Positions 49,284 to 59,552 are shown, counted from the first letter of the stretch. The stretch: DNA of 64,000 nt from Alphaproteobacteria bacterium (GCA_015062305.1 SUUX01000006.1:8116-72115); one strand, 5' to 3'. Notes: generated from the letters alone by a model not told the origin. Translations and numbers: made by a program.

Positions 49284-50432
49284 TTGGTTATAATCATCTT
49301 TATGAAAAAATTAGATACATACATAATCAAACAAATTTTTATTGGTTTTTTGTTGGTTTGCTTTTCACTGATGTCCATCATTTGGCTCACTCAGTCGCTT
49401 CGTTTTGTAGACCTCATAACCAACAAAGGTATCTCTGTGGGTTTATTTGCAGAACTCACCTCTTTGCTCATGCCTAGAATTTTCACAATATTAGCTCCCA
49501 TATCATTATTTGCCGCAGTATTGTTCGTATACAATCGCATGCTCTCAGATAGAGAGCTTATCGTTATGAAGGCTGCCGGAATTAGCCCTTGGCAAAATGC
49601 TCGCCCTGCTGTTTTCTTCGGATGCATAATGGCTCTGTTTAATGTCTATGTCATGAATATAGGCATTCCTAAAGCAGAAAATGCTTTCAACGAATTACAA
49701 TGGCAAATAAAAAATGATGTCTCTCACCTCATGTTCAGAGAAGGAGAATTTACCTCTTTGCAAGATGGTTTGACTGTTTTTATCACTACTCATGAACCAG
49801 ATGGTTCTGTTAGTGGAATTCTCATAAACGATGAAAGGAACCCCAAAACTCGTTCTACCGTATCTGCTGAATTTGGTAGAATTGTCCATACAGACAAAGG
49901 ACCGCGGATTATCCTCGTCCACGGCAACCGTCAAGAACTTAATAGAAGCAACAATCAATTTAGTTCCATTTTATTTGATAGATATTCTGTAGATTTTGGC
50001 GCAAAAAAAAGCAAAGCCCGCAAAGAAGCTGGAGCAAGACAAAAAAATCTCAAAGAATTGCTAAGCGCAGGATCTAACCCAGACCTAACGCCAAAAGAAG
50101 CTCGTCGCTGGATTGTAGAAGGCAACAAACGCTTTACCACTCCTCTTCTTAACATACTATACTCTCTATTGGCTTGTACAGGCCTCATAATTGGCAACTT
50201 CAACCGCAGAGGCCAAACAAAAATAGTATCTATCTCTGTTGCTTCTATGGTTATAATTCAAGCCCTCGATTTAGCCTTAGGCAACTTAGCCGCTAAAAAG
50301 CTGTATTGGCTTATCGCAATGTACCTAAATATTACGATTCCCTTCATCACGTGCCTATATTTACTGCACAACTACAAGCCCGCTCTTTTCCAAAAAAAGA
50401 TTAAACCTCAAGGAGACATCGATGCAAAATAA
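49284..50432 (+). CDS. LPS export ABC permease, LptF/LptG family (immediately upstream of lptD)
   Basis: N-terminal LDTYIIKQIFIGFLLVCFSLMSIIWLTQSLRF. 6 TM. Overlaps the lptD start. Confidence 0.8.
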   Translation: MVIIIFMKKLDTYIIKQIFIGFLLVCFSLMSIIWLTQSLRFVDLITNKGISVGLFAELTSLLMPRIFTILAPISLFAAVLFVYNRMLSDRELIVMKAAGISPWQNARPAVFFGCIMALFNVYVMNIGIPKAENAFNELQWQIKNDVSHLMFREGEFTSLQDGLTVFITTHEPDGSVSGILINDERNPKTRSTVSAEFGRIVHTDKGPRIILVHGNRQELNRSNNQFSSILFDRYSVDFGAKKSKARKEAGARQKNLKELLSAGSNPDLTPKEARRWIVEGNKRFTTPLLNILYSLLACTGLIIGNFNRRGQTKIVSISVASMVIIQALDLALGNLAAKKLYWLIAMYLNITIPFITCLYLLHNYKPALFQKKIKPQGDIDAK

Positions 50433-52668
50433 CAACAAAGCATCTTTTCTCCTATCGTTCATCGCCGGCTTGCTATGCTCAACTGCAGTCTTAGCAGATA
50501 GCATTGTCACCCCAAACACCAGAGAAACCATAGATAAAACCTCTGGAATAAACCGACCCAAGATATCTCCCCAATTTAACATTACGGATGTCTTTACACC
50601 TAAGCCACCCACAGAAAAGGACAATCCAGAAATATATTTTAGTGCCGATGAAGTAGAAAACAACCAAGAACTGAGCCTAATAACGGCCAAAGGCAATGTT
50701 GAAATCATTCGAGACAACATTACAGTAAAAGCAGACAAAGTCATATATAATCAAAAAGAAGACACAATAACGGCAATAGGCAATGTCGTTTTACTCGATG
50801 ACACAGGCGATGTTGTGTTTTCCGATTATGCAGAGTTATCCGACAAGATGACTAGAGGCGAGATGGAAAATATAAAAATAATAATGGCAGATAAAACTCG
50901 TGTAGCCGCTCGCTCTTTTCGCCGAGATAGTGACGACAAAAAAATAATGAACTACGCTGTTTATACACCATGTGATTCGTGCAGAGAAACATCTCCTCTG
51001 TGGCAAATAAAAGCCAAAAAAGTAGAGCACGATGCAGAAGACCAAGATGTCCACTACCAAAATGCTACCATTGAAGTAAAAGGTGTTCCTGTTTTCTATA
51101 CTCCTTTTATGTCTCACCCGGACCCTACCGTCAAACGCCGTTCTGGTTTCTTGTTCCCCAAGATAAGTAGCAACTCATACTTAGGAGGAGCAATCCAGCC
51201 TCAATATTTTTGGAATATTTCAGACAATGAAGACATTCTGTTTAACCCCATCCTAAGCAGCGATAAAGGTCTTGTCTACGGAGGCATTTACAACAAATAT
51301 TTCACCAGAGGACACATCTCTGCTTCTGGCACATTTTTAAGAGACCCTGACACTAAAGAAGACAGAGGTAATTTATTTGCATACGGACGATACGAAGTTA
51401 ACGATTTTTGGGTAGCCGATACAGAAATCAATTATGCATCAGATAATGCATACTTGAAAGACTTATCTCTTCCCAAAGATGACGATACATGGCTAACATC
51501 AAGAGCTAGCTTACAGGGGTTTGATAACCGTAATTACGCCGCTTTGGAAGCATATTATTATAAAATACTCAGCTACGACCTTAGGAACGCAAACAAGCCA
51601 ACTGTTATTCCTCTGTTTTCCTATGAAAACATAAGCGACCCCAACCGCTATGGCGCATACAACAAAAACACTTTTGGATTCGCCTCTGTATCCCACGATG
51701 AAGGAGACTCCTCTCAGCGTATGACCATGATTAACTCATGGAATTTGCCATATACAAGCCCTTATGGTGAAAAATACAAATTAGTAGCATCTCTAAAATC
51801 TGACTTATACTATGTAAACGACTACAGATATGAAGAAAACCCTGTATATGATGGAACAGTTGGAAGAGTGTTTCCTCAAGTTGGATTAGAATGGAGATTA
51901 CCATTTATAAGATCGACAGAAACATCAAGTCAAATATTAGAACCTATAGTTGTCGCAGCCTTTGCTCCAAACCAAAGTAACAAAGCGGATAAAATCCCAA
52001 ATGAAGATAGTCAAGACGTAGAATTGAATGACACAAATATATTAAATTTAGATCGTTATTCCGGATACGATCGCAATGATGTTGGCAGTCGCATTAGTTA
52101 TGGAATAAATTGGAGCTCCTATGGTCAGCGGTTTGGCAGAACATCTTTCTTACTCGCTCAAAGCTATGAATTCAAAAAAGACGAAAGTTTTGCAGAAGCT
52201 GACGGACAAGATGGCAATCTAACCGACTATGTTGGTAGAATATACGCCTCTCCAAACGAATATTTTGACATGAACTTCCGTTTCAAACTAGACAAAGAAG
52301 ACTACAAACTAACTTACAGCGAACTTTCCTCTTCCATGGGGCCTAGAATTCTTAAATTGTACCTATCATATATATTCTTCCAGGCCAACGAAACATCCTC
52401 TGTACAATACAGAGAAAGAGAAGAATTATACAGCTCTTTAAGAGCAGATCTCACCAAAAACTGGTCTATCAGCCTTTACAATCGTCAAGACATGACCAAG
52501 GATGGTGGCTCTCTTGAAAAAGGAGCGCTATTAACATATGAAGACGAATGCACCAAAGTTGTATTTAATGTTGAAAAAGACAATTCCAACGATCCTAATT
52601 ATGAGGGCGACTTCAGCTTTGGGGCAACATTCTTTCTCAAAACTCTTGGCGGTGTTGGCACCGAATAA
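50422..52668 (+). CDS. lptD: LPS-assembly protein LptD (OstA)
   Basis: Signal peptide. N-terminal OstA domain (ITAKGNVEIIRDNITVKADKVIYNQKEDTITAIGNVVL). Large C-terminal beta-barrel. 748 aa. Confidence 0.85.
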   Translation: MQNNNKASFLLSFIAGLLCSTAVLADSIVTPNTRETIDKTSGINRPKISPQFNITDVFTPKPPTEKDNPEIYFSADEVENNQELSLITAKGNVEIIRDNITVKADKVIYNQKEDTITAIGNVVLLDDTGDVVFSDYAELSDKMTRGEMENIKIIMADKTRVAARSFRRDSDDKKIMNYAVYTPCDSCRETSPLWQIKAKKVEHDAEDQDVHYQNATIEVKGVPVFYTPFMSHPDPTVKRRSGFLFPKISSNSYLGGAIQPQYFWNISDNEDILFNPILSSDKGLVYGGIYNKYFTRGHISASGTFLRDPDTKEDRGNLFAYGRYEVNDFWVADTEINYASDNAYLKDLSLPKDDDTWLTSRASLQGFDNRNYAALEAYYYKILSYDLRNANKPTVIPLFSYENISDPNRYGAYNKNTFGFASVSHDEGDSSQRMTMINSWNLPYTSPYGEKYKLVASLKSDLYYVNDYRYEENPVYDGTVGRVFPQVGLEWRLPFIRSTETSSQILEPIVVAAFAPNQSNKADKIPNEDSQDVELNDTNILNLDRYSGYDRNDVGSRISYGINWSSYGQRFGRTSFLLAQSYEFKKDESFAEADGQDGNLTDYVGRIYASPNEYFDMNFRFKLDKEDYKLTYSELSSSMGPRILKLYLSYIFFQANETSSVQYREREELYSSLRADLTKNWSISLYNRQDMTKDGGSLEKGALLTYEDECTKVVFNVEKDNSNDPNYEGDFSFGATFFLKTLGGVGTE

Positions 52669-52688
52669 CCAAAAAAAGGAAAAAAACA

Positions 52689-53603
52689 ATGAAACATTTA
52701 TTTATTGCTCTAACAATCCTTCTTTCATCAGCAACCTTATCCTTTGCAGCACCATTCAAAATTGTAGCCTTAGTAAATGGAGAAGTCATTTCTAGTGAAG
52801 ATATACAAAACAGATTAAATGCTTTTATGTTTGATACCAAAATTCCTTTTAACGATCAAACTAAAGACATGATTATGCAAAAAGTTTTAAACAATGCTGT
52901 TGACGAAAAAATAAAGCTACAAACCGCCACCAAAGAAGGTATCACTGTAACAGAAGAAGAGGTGCAGGCTCAACTTCAACGCTTTGAAAAAGGAAACAAA
53001 ATTCCAGCAGGACAGCTACCAAAAATACTAAAACAAGCTGGAGTTAATCCTAACTCTTTTTCAGAACAAATAAAATCAGATTTAGCATGGATACGCGTTA
53101 TTCGTAAAAAATTCTTGTTAGAAGGCAATATTACTCAAAAAGAAATAAATGAAGCTCTTGCCGAAGCAAAACAAGATCTTAGCACATCAAAATATATGGT
53201 TGCAGAAATCTTTATTAAAGAGAAAAATGCAAAAAATATATCTCAATTGGTAGAAAACTTACGCTCAGACAATCGCTTTGAATTATATGCCATGCAGTTT
53301 TCTGAAAACCCAACTGCAGCAAATGGGGGTAATCTTGGATGGGTAAACAAAGGCAAACTTGCTGCTCCTTTAGAGGCTAAACTACAAAAAATGAAGCCTG
53401 GTGACATCAGTGACCCTATCAAACTTGGTGATGGTTACTACATTCTCAAGCTTGTACAAAAATTCAACCCAAACACAGACAAGCCTCAGATACCGACAGA
53501 AAAAGAAATAAAAACAATTCTTGAAAATCGCAAAATGGAAGCTTTGTCCAAAAGATTGTTACAAGACTTGCGCCAAAAAGCCGTTATAGAAATCAGAGGC
53601 TAA
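52689..53603 (+). CDS. surA: Periplasmic chaperone/peptidyl-prolyl isomerase SurA family (single parvulin domain)
   Basis: Signal peptide. Parvulin block ...NGGNLGWVNKGKLAAPLEAKLQKMKPGDISDPIKLGDGYYILKL. lptD-surA-rsmA synteny. Confidence 0.75.
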   Translation: MKHLFIALTILLSSATLSFAAPFKIVALVNGEVISSEDIQNRLNAFMFDTKIPFNDQTKDMIMQKVLNNAVDEKIKLQTATKEGITVTEEEVQAQLQRFEKGNKIPAGQLPKILKQAGVNPNSFSEQIKSDLAWIRVIRKKFLLEGNITQKEINEALAEAKQDLSTSKYMVAEIFIKEKNAKNISQLVENLRSDNRFELYAMQFSENPTAANGGNLGWVNKGKLAAPLEAKLQKMKPGDISDPIKLGDGYYILKLVQKFNPNTDKPQIPTEKEIKTILENRKMEALSKRLLQDLRQKAVIEIRG

Positions 53604-53604
53604 A

Positions 53605-54462
53605 ATGCTTTCATTACCAGAAGTCATCTCATCTCTTCCTTCTCTAAAAGCTACCGTTGATGCCCACAACCTTATGGCGGCAAAGTCTTTAGGACAAAAT
53701 TTTTTATTAGACCAAAACATAACAGACAAAATCATTCGTTGTTCTTTATCACAGCAAGAACTATCAAACTTTCACGGAAGCCACGTTTATGAAATCGGTC
53801 CTGGCCCAGGAGGCTTAACCAGAGCAATTCTAAAAGCAGAACCAAATAAACTAACAGTCATAGAAATGGATGCTCGCTGTATAAGCATCATGGAAGACAT
53901 TCAACGAAAAACCGAAGACATTATGGAAATTGTCAATGGAGACGCTCTCAAATACGAATTTACTCCCCAGTATAGAGCAGCCCATATTATATCAAATTTG
54001 CCCTACAACATCTCTGTGCCTTTGCTCATAAGATGGCTAAACCAGATTTCAGAATTCAAGAGCCTAACCCTAATGTTTCAAAAAGAAGTTGCCGATAGGA
54101 TTCTTTCTTCAACTCATACAAAAAGCTATGGTCGAATATCTATTTTATCTCAACTCCAATGCAATATCACCAGACTTTTTGATCTTAGCCCAGAATGTTT
54201 TGTTCCTGCTCCTAAAATATGGTCTAGTGTTTTACTTTTTCAACCCAAAAAAAACGCTTTGTCTCCCAAACAAATATCTCAATTAGAAAAGCTCACATCT
54301 CTAGCCTTTTCTGCTCGCCGTAAAATGATAAGACAAAGTCTAAAACAAATTCCTAATATAGAAGAAATATGCCAAACCCTAGGTATTGCCACCACCGCCA
54401 GACCAGAAGAACTTTCTCCGCAACAATTCCTCTCCATTGCCAACGCGATACAAAATTATTAA
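53605..54462 (+). CDS. rsmA: 16S rRNA (adenine1518/1519-N6)-dimethyltransferase RsmA/KsgA
   Basis: GQNFLLDQNI and EIGPGPGGLT motifs. 285 aa. Confidence 0.9.
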   Translation: MLSLPEVISSLPSLKATVDAHNLMAAKSLGQNFLLDQNITDKIIRCSLSQQELSNFHGSHVYEIGPGPGGLTRAILKAEPNKLTVIEMDARCISIMEDIQRKTEDIMEIVNGDALKYEFTPQYRAAHIISNLPYNISVPLLIRWLNQISEFKSLTLMFQKEVADRILSSTHTKSYGRISILSQLQCNITRLFDLSPECFVPAPKIWSSVLLFQPKKNALSPKQISQLEKLTSLAFSARRKMIRQSLKQIPNIEEICQTLGIATTARPEELSPQQFLSIANAIQNY

Positions 54463-55352
54463 AGTTGTCCTAGCGGATGTTTCTCCATAACTGTTTTAAT
54501 CAAGGTTTCTGGCAAAATGTGTGTATATATTTCCGTTGTTGCAATATCTGCATGCCCCAAAAGCTTCTGAACAGAACGCAAATCTGCCCTTCCATGCAAC
54601 AAATGTGTTGCAAAAGAATGCCTCAATACATGAGGAGAAACCTTCAACGGGTCAATTCCTGCCTCTATTGCCAATTTTTGTAAATCTTTTGCAAAAGCAT
54701 CTCTCGTCAAATGCCCCAACCTAGACCTCAAAGAAGGGAACAACCACACTGATTTCCTTCCCTCTCTAATAAATTCATCTCTAATTTTTAAGTACTTTTT
54801 TATCGATTCTATAGCAAAACTGGCAACAGGCAACAATCTTTCTTTATTGCCTTTCCCTCTAACCAAAATCTGTTTTTTATCAAAATTTATACAATTTTCA
54901 GACAAGCAAACCAACTCAGAAACTCGCAAACCGCAAGCATACATCAAAACCAACATTGTTGCCATTCTTTGCCCAGACACAGAATCTTTACTCTGAGCCG
55001 TTTCTATAATTTTAAAAATTTCTTCCTTTGTTAAAAACTTGGGCAAAGATTTGCTTACTTTAGGCGACGAAATTCTAGTCATTGGGCTTTCTGTAATCTT
55101 TTTTTCAGAGAACAAAAACTTATAAAAATCTCTCAACACAGATATCTTCCTCGCCACTGTTTTTGCTGCATATCCTTCTTTATTAAGCCAAGAAAGATAA
55201 TCTGTTATATCCTGTGATTTTGCCTTCACAACATCACTTTTACAAACTTCATCAAATTGTTCCAAATCATTTTTATACGCATTGAGAGTATTAACAGAAG
55301 CTCCTACTTCTGCCATCATCATGTCCAAAAAATCCTTGATACAATCCTTCAT
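54459..55352 (-). CDS. Tyrosine recombinase XerC/XerD family (chromosome dimer resolution)
   Basis: RHSFATHLLHGRADLRSVQKLLGHADIATTEIYTHI (R..H..R...Y). 297 aa. No flanking phage or transposon genes. Confidence 0.9.
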   Translation of the reverse strand: MKDCIKDFLDMMMAEVGASVNTLNAYKNDLEQFDEVCKSDVVKAKSQDITDYLSWLNKEGYAAKTVARKISVLRDFYKFLFSEKKITESPMTRISSPKVSKSLPKFLTKEEIFKIIETAQSKDSVSGQRMATMLVLMYACGLRVSELVCLSENCINFDKKQILVRGKGNKERLLPVASFAIESIKKYLKIRDEFIREGRKSVWLFPSLRSRLGHLTRDAFAKDLQKLAIEAGIDPLKVSPHVLRHSFATHLLHGRADLRSVQKLLGHADIATTEIYTHILPETLIKTVMEKHPLGQL

Positions 55353-55353
55353 A

Positions 55354-55476
55354 TTAAAGTTCTGTTTCCACGTGTTCTACTTCCATTGGCACTTCGTGCA
55401 CAACCACAAACGCAACCAATGCCAACAATATTACACCAACCAAATAGATCAACCAATTTGATTTTTTTTGTCTCAT
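55354..55476 (-). CDS. Unannotated 40-aa single-TM small protein abutting the xerC/D start: MRQKKSNWLIYLVGVILLALVAFVVVHEVPMEVEHVETEL
   Basis: GAGGAG sits 7 nt upstream of the ATG at 55476. Its TAA stop is 1 nt from the xerC/D ATG. Below the track cutoff. Confidence 0.35.
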   Translation of the reverse strand: MRQKKSNWLIYLVGVILLALVAFVVVHEVPMEVEHVETEL

Positions 55477-55560
55477 ATCAATTCTCCTCAAAAAATCTGT
55501 TGCTTATATTTTGCTTTATTTATATAGTTAGCACAATAAATTTGAAAGATTAATTAAAAA

Positions 55561-56115
55561 ATGAAAAACAATAACGATAAAATAATTTTGCTTGTTGGCC
55601 TAATGGGCAGTGGGAAAACCAGCGTAGGCAAACGCCTTTCTAAAAAATTAAACTTGCCTTTCGTTGACGGAGACCGAGAAGTCGAGAAAGCTGCCGGCCT
55701 ATCTCTGATTGACATCCTCAAATGCTTTGGAGAAGAAGAATATCGAGCCGGAGAAGCTCGTGTAATGAAAAGACTTCTTCAAGGCTCCCCTTGTGTTTTA
55801 GCCTCTGGAGGTGGCTCTTTTGTTGCCCCAAAAACCAGAGAATACGCAAAAAAAAACGCCATAACGATATGGCTAAAAGCAGATATAGATGTCATTTATA
55901 ATCGAACTGCCGGACGAGAACATCGCCCATTTATCAAAGGCAACGATAGTGGCCTCAAATCGAAACTGGAAAAATATATAAATGAAGAATATCCTTATTA
56001 CTCCGAAGCGGATATCATCGTTGAAACGAAAGAAGAAAAAGTTGACAATACCGTAAATAGAGTAATTGACGCCATCAACCTCTTTTTGTCAAAACAAAAG
56101 ACTGAGAATCCTTAA
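55561..56115 (+). CDS. aroK: Shikimate kinase
   Basis: P-loop LVGLMGSGKTSVGKRL. 184 aa. Divergent from xerC/D, as in many alphaproteobacteria. Confidence 0.85.
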   Translation: MKNNNDKIILLVGLMGSGKTSVGKRLSKKLNLPFVDGDREVEKAAGLSLIDILKCFGEEEYRAGEARVMKRLLQGSPCVLASGGGSFVAPKTREYAKKNAITIWLKADIDVIYNRTAGREHRPFIKGNDSGLKSKLEKYINEEYPYYSEADIIVETKEEKVDNTVNRVIDAINLFLSKQKTENP

Positions 56116-56725
56116 AATATAGAACCAATTCTTTCATAAAAGGAATTGTTTGTTTTTCCACTATTTGAGGACAGTTATAAAAATCTCTAAAATCACGTCG
56201 CCACTCCAATTGCAAAGAAGTACATCTTTCATGTTTTTTTTGCAGTCGCCCCGTTAAACCTGCACATCCTCTATAATTAGGGTGATTTACCACCATTTTA
56301 ATATTATATTTTCTTGCAAGAACAGAAACCACATGCAAAGCGCCATCATAAAGTTCAGGCTCTTTAATCCCTGTTCCCACCGCCAAATCAAAAGATCTAT
56401 CATTTGTCATTCCATGCACATCTATAAAAAGCTTGTCAAGCAGACCTTTTTCTTCAACAAAATCACTAACCAATACTTTAAAAGGAACAAACTTTGTTCT
56501 TACAATTGTAGAAACCTGACATTCTTCTCCCAAAAAGCGAACCAATTCTCCTGTATACAAATCTTGCATCTTTATTCTTTTACAAGCAAACGACTTTGTA
56601 GAATGTGGAGCGCACAAAACCAAACCAGACCCCTCGTCCCTAAAAGAAAAAACATTTTCTCTTTCTAGAGATGTTTCTGTATCAAAAAATAACGAAGAAT
56701 ATCCTTTTAGTTTATCTAGCATCAA
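56075..56725 (-). CDS. N-formylglutamate amidohydrolase (FGase) family protein, putative
   Basis: LVLCAPHST... and ...FIDVHGM match the FGase HxG..P / D.HS(G)M blocks. 216 aa. 3' end overlaps the aroK 3' end. Confidence 0.4.
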   Translation of the reverse strand: MMLDKLKGYSSLFFDTETSLERENVFSFRDEGSGLVLCAPHSTKSFACKRIKMQDLYTGELVRFLGEECQVSTIVRTKFVPFKVLVSDFVEEKGLLDKLFIDVHGMTNDRSFDLAVGTGIKEPELYDGALHVVSVLARKYNIKMVVNHPNYRGCAGLTGRLQKKHERCTSLQLEWRRDFRDFYNCPQIVEKQTIPFMKELVLYFKDSQSFVLTKRG

Positions 56726-57690
56726 ATCTTCTTCAAAAAATTCACTTTCATAACAGCCAAAGACTGAGCTGTTAAAGCATTTATCGCATCAAAAAACAAG
56801 CTTCTCGTCTTAACTTTTTCTGCCCACTCAATAATTTGTGGATTTTGCATTAAAAGATCGTTTTTAGAAGCCTCCAACAAGGAAACCGCCGCCATCAAGT
56901 GTCCATCATCAACGAGTTTTTTCATCTCCTCCAAAACATCTATTTCTTTTTCTTCGCTTGCCTTTTTTGTATTTTTTATTTGTACAATATCATGAATTTT
57001 AGAATTCAACCGTTCTTTCCAGCTTAAACCTTCTTCGTTTTTATCTGCAGATAAAATTTCATCACAAACATCATTAAATCGATTAGCCAAAAACAACTCC
57101 GATTCTACTCCAATTTTTGCTATCGGCTCCAATACTTTAACTTCCTCCATCATTTTTGGCTTGTCCGCAACAATATTATTAAGCACCTCATATTCATATT
57201 CAAAAGGCTTTCCTTTTTCTGCAGCATCTTTAACCAACATTAAAGAAGTCAACACCAAAGCACTATCATCTGTTATTTCCGACAGCTTATCTAATTTTCT
57301 CTCATTTTTATCAACTCTGGTAACCAAACCCAAAACCGTTGCTACATCTGCCTTCGAACTAATAACATTCAAATTCATTTTTTCAATTGCATCAAAACGC
57401 TCGTACACTTTTGATAAATCTGGCTCTTTTATTTGTGACGCCAACAAAGCCAACTGTTGTTGAAGGCTATGCATTTGAGAATTTAAGGTATTAATTTGTA
57501 CCTGATACATATCTTTTGTTTCTTGCACGGCAAAAAAACTCTTCATCTTCTGTAGCACTTGCGGATTTTTCCAAACGCCATACCCACCAACAACAAGTAT
57601 CACCAACAACAAAGAAAATTTTCCAAACTTTGTTTTTTTCAGCGATTCTTTTGTTTCTTCAGAAACGGATTGCTTTTCTTTTTTAGCCAT
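56722..57690 (-). CDS. Membrane-anchored coiled-coil protein (N-terminal TM, long heptad-rich region); alpha-Mic60/mitofilin-like candidate
   Basis: KFGKFSLLLVILVVGGYGVW TM, followed by a predicted coiled coil. Divergent from tsaD. Confidence 0.5.
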   Translation of the reverse strand: MAKKEKQSVSEETKESLKKTKFGKFSLLLVILVVGGYGVWKNPQVLQKMKSFFAVQETKDMYQVQINTLNSQMHSLQQQLALLASQIKEPDLSKVYERFDAIEKMNLNVISSKADVATVLGLVTRVDKNERKLDKLSEITDDSALVLTSLMLVKDAAEKGKPFEYEYEVLNNIVADKPKMMEEVKVLEPIAKIGVESELFLANRFNDVCDEILSADKNEEGLSWKERLNSKIHDIVQIKNTKKASEEKEIDVLEEMKKLVDDGHLMAAVSLLEASKNDLLMQNPQIIEWAEKVKTRSLFFDAINALTAQSLAVMKVNFLKKI

Positions 57691-57810
57691 TTTAATACCT
57701 CTCTATTGCAGTAAATTCTTGGCAACATATTTTTTATAGTGTATATAATATAAAAAAAACTGCAATAAATACTTGCTGATAATAAACATTTCCGCCGGAG
57801 ACAAAAGCAA

Positions 57811-58887
57811 ATGATAGTTTTAGGCATAGAGAGTAGCTGCGATGAAACTGCTGCAGCCATTGTAAATGATAAAAAAGAAATATTAGGAGAATGCGTGCTA
57901 ACCCAGCTAGAACACAAAACCTTTGGAGGTGTTGTGCCAGAAATTGCTGCTAGAGCACACTTAGAACATATAGAAGATATATTAGAAGAAACTTTCAAAA
58001 AAGCAAACATCACCCCATCAGATATTGATGCCGTTGCCGCCGCCGCAGGCCCAGGATTAATAGGAGGAGTTGTTGTTGGCGTGATGGCTGCCAAATCCCT
58101 TGCCCTTGCCCTAAACAAACCTTTTATTGCCATCAATCACCTTGAAGGCCACGCTCTTGCTGCACGTTTAACATCAAGTGTTAAATATCCATATTTATTA
58201 CTTTTGGTTTCCGGAGGACACTGCCAAATTCTAATTGTTAAAGGAGTTGGCGAATTTGAAAGACTAGGCACCACCATTGATGATGCCGCCGGCGAAGCTT
58301 TTGATAAAGTTTCCAAAATGCTTGGTCTTGGATATCCCGGAGGTCCGATGATAGAAAAAATGGCAGCCCTTGGCAACGAAGACCGCTTCGTTCTTCCTCG
58401 ACCTCTACACAATTCTGGAGACTGCAATCTATCTTTTTCCGGATTAAAAACAGCTGTTCGAAAAATAATTGAATCTTATTCTCCAGACAACAACATCGAA
58501 CACGCAATTTTAAGCAAACAAGACACTGCCGATATTTGTGCATCTTTTCAAAAAGCCGTTACAGAAAGCTTAGTCTACAAACTACAAAAAGCTATCGTAA
58601 TTTTTCGCACCAAATACCCTGAGGGCAAGGACATTGTCGTTTCCGGAGGTGTTGCCGCAAACACCTACTTACGCAACAAATTGCAAAAGCTGGCAGAAAT
58701 AGAAGGTCTTGTTTTTTCTGCACCTCCAATACGTTTTTGTACCGACAATGGTGTTATGATTGCCTGGGCCGGAATGGAACGCGCCCTTAAAGGTATGTAT
58801 AATGATTTAGACTTTAAGCCTCGCCCTCGCTGGCCACTTGACATTGACGCTCCCAAAGCTGCCGGCGCCGGAGGAGTAAAAGCATGA
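57811..58887 (+). CDS. tsaD: tRNA N6-adenosine threonylcarbamoyltransferase TsaD (Kae1/Gcp)
   Basis: MIVLGIESSCDETAAAIV. 358 aa. Confidence 0.95.
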   Translation: MIVLGIESSCDETAAAIVNDKKEILGECVLTQLEHKTFGGVVPEIAARAHLEHIEDILEETFKKANITPSDIDAVAAAAGPGLIGGVVVGVMAAKSLALALNKPFIAINHLEGHALAARLTSSVKYPYLLLLVSGGHCQILIVKGVGEFERLGTTIDDAAGEAFDKVSKMLGLGYPGGPMIEKMAALGNEDRFVLPRPLHNSGDCNLSFSGLKTAVRKIIESYSPDNNIEHAILSKQDTADICASFQKAVTESLVYKLQKAIVIFRTKYPEGKDIVVSGGVAANTYLRNKLQKLAEIEGLVFSAPPIRFCTDNGVMIAWAGMERALKGMYNDLDFKPRPRWPLDIDAPKAAGAGGVKA

Positions 58888-59516
58888 GAAGCATCAAAGA
58901 AATTTGCCAAATCTTAGATATTTTCAAATCTCAAGATGCCTCCCCAAAAAGTGAGCTTATCTATCACAATGCTTATACATTGCTGATTGCCATAGTGCTT
59001 TCTGCACAAAGCACCGACAAAGGTGTCAACAAAGCCACTGAAAACTTGTTCAAAATTGCTGATACCCCACAAAAAATGTTAAATCTTGGCATTGACAAGC
59101 TAAAAGAACACATCAAAACCATCGGGCTATACAATAACAAAGCAAAAAACATTATCGAGTTAAGCCAACGCCTAGTAAAAGAGTATAAAGGAGAAGTTCC
59201 TCAAGATAGAGAAATCTTGGAATCTCTCCCCGGAGTTGGTCGTAAAACAGCCAATGTTTTGTTGAATGTTTGGTGGAACCAACCGACCGTTGCTGTCGAC
59301 ACTCATGTTTTGCGTTTATCCAAAAGGCTAGATTTAAGTGATGGCAGCACTCCTCTCAGTGTAGAAACCGACTTAAACAAACTTCCCGATGAATATAAAC
59401 TTCACCTAAATCACTGGTTGGTTCTTTTCGGGCGTTATATTTGCAAAGCTCAAAAGCCAAATTGCTCACAATGCCCTGTTGCAAAGTTTTGCTACAGCAG
59501 CGACAAAAAAATCTAA
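58884..59516 (+). CDS. nth: Endonuclease III
   Basis: HhH-GPD LPGVGRKTANVLLN. C-terminal 4Fe-4S CKAQKPNCSQCPVAKFC. Confidence 0.9.
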   Translation: MRSIKEICQILDIFKSQDASPKSELIYHNAYTLLIAIVLSAQSTDKGVNKATENLFKIADTPQKMLNLGIDKLKEHIKTIGLYNNKAKNIIELSQRLVKEYKGEVPQDREILESLPGVGRKTANVLLNVWWNQPTVAVDTHVLRLSKRLDLSDGSTPLSVETDLNKLPDEYKLHLNHWLVLFGRYICKAQKPNCSQCPVAKFCYSSDKKI

Positions 59517-59522
59517 TAAAAA

Positions 59523-59552
59523 ACAGAGCTTTTAATCAAAGCTCTGTTTTTC
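59523..59552. terminator. Rho-independent terminator after nth (overlaps the 3' end of the convergent gene)
   Basis: ACAGAGCTTT taatc AAAGCTCTGT T5. Confidence 0.7.

Noticed and set aside
54459-55352. Tyrosine recombinase as evidence of an integrated mobile element or phage
   Set aside because: XerC/XerD-type motifs. Flanked by housekeeping genes (rsmA, aroK). No phage, transposase or att-like repeats nearby.
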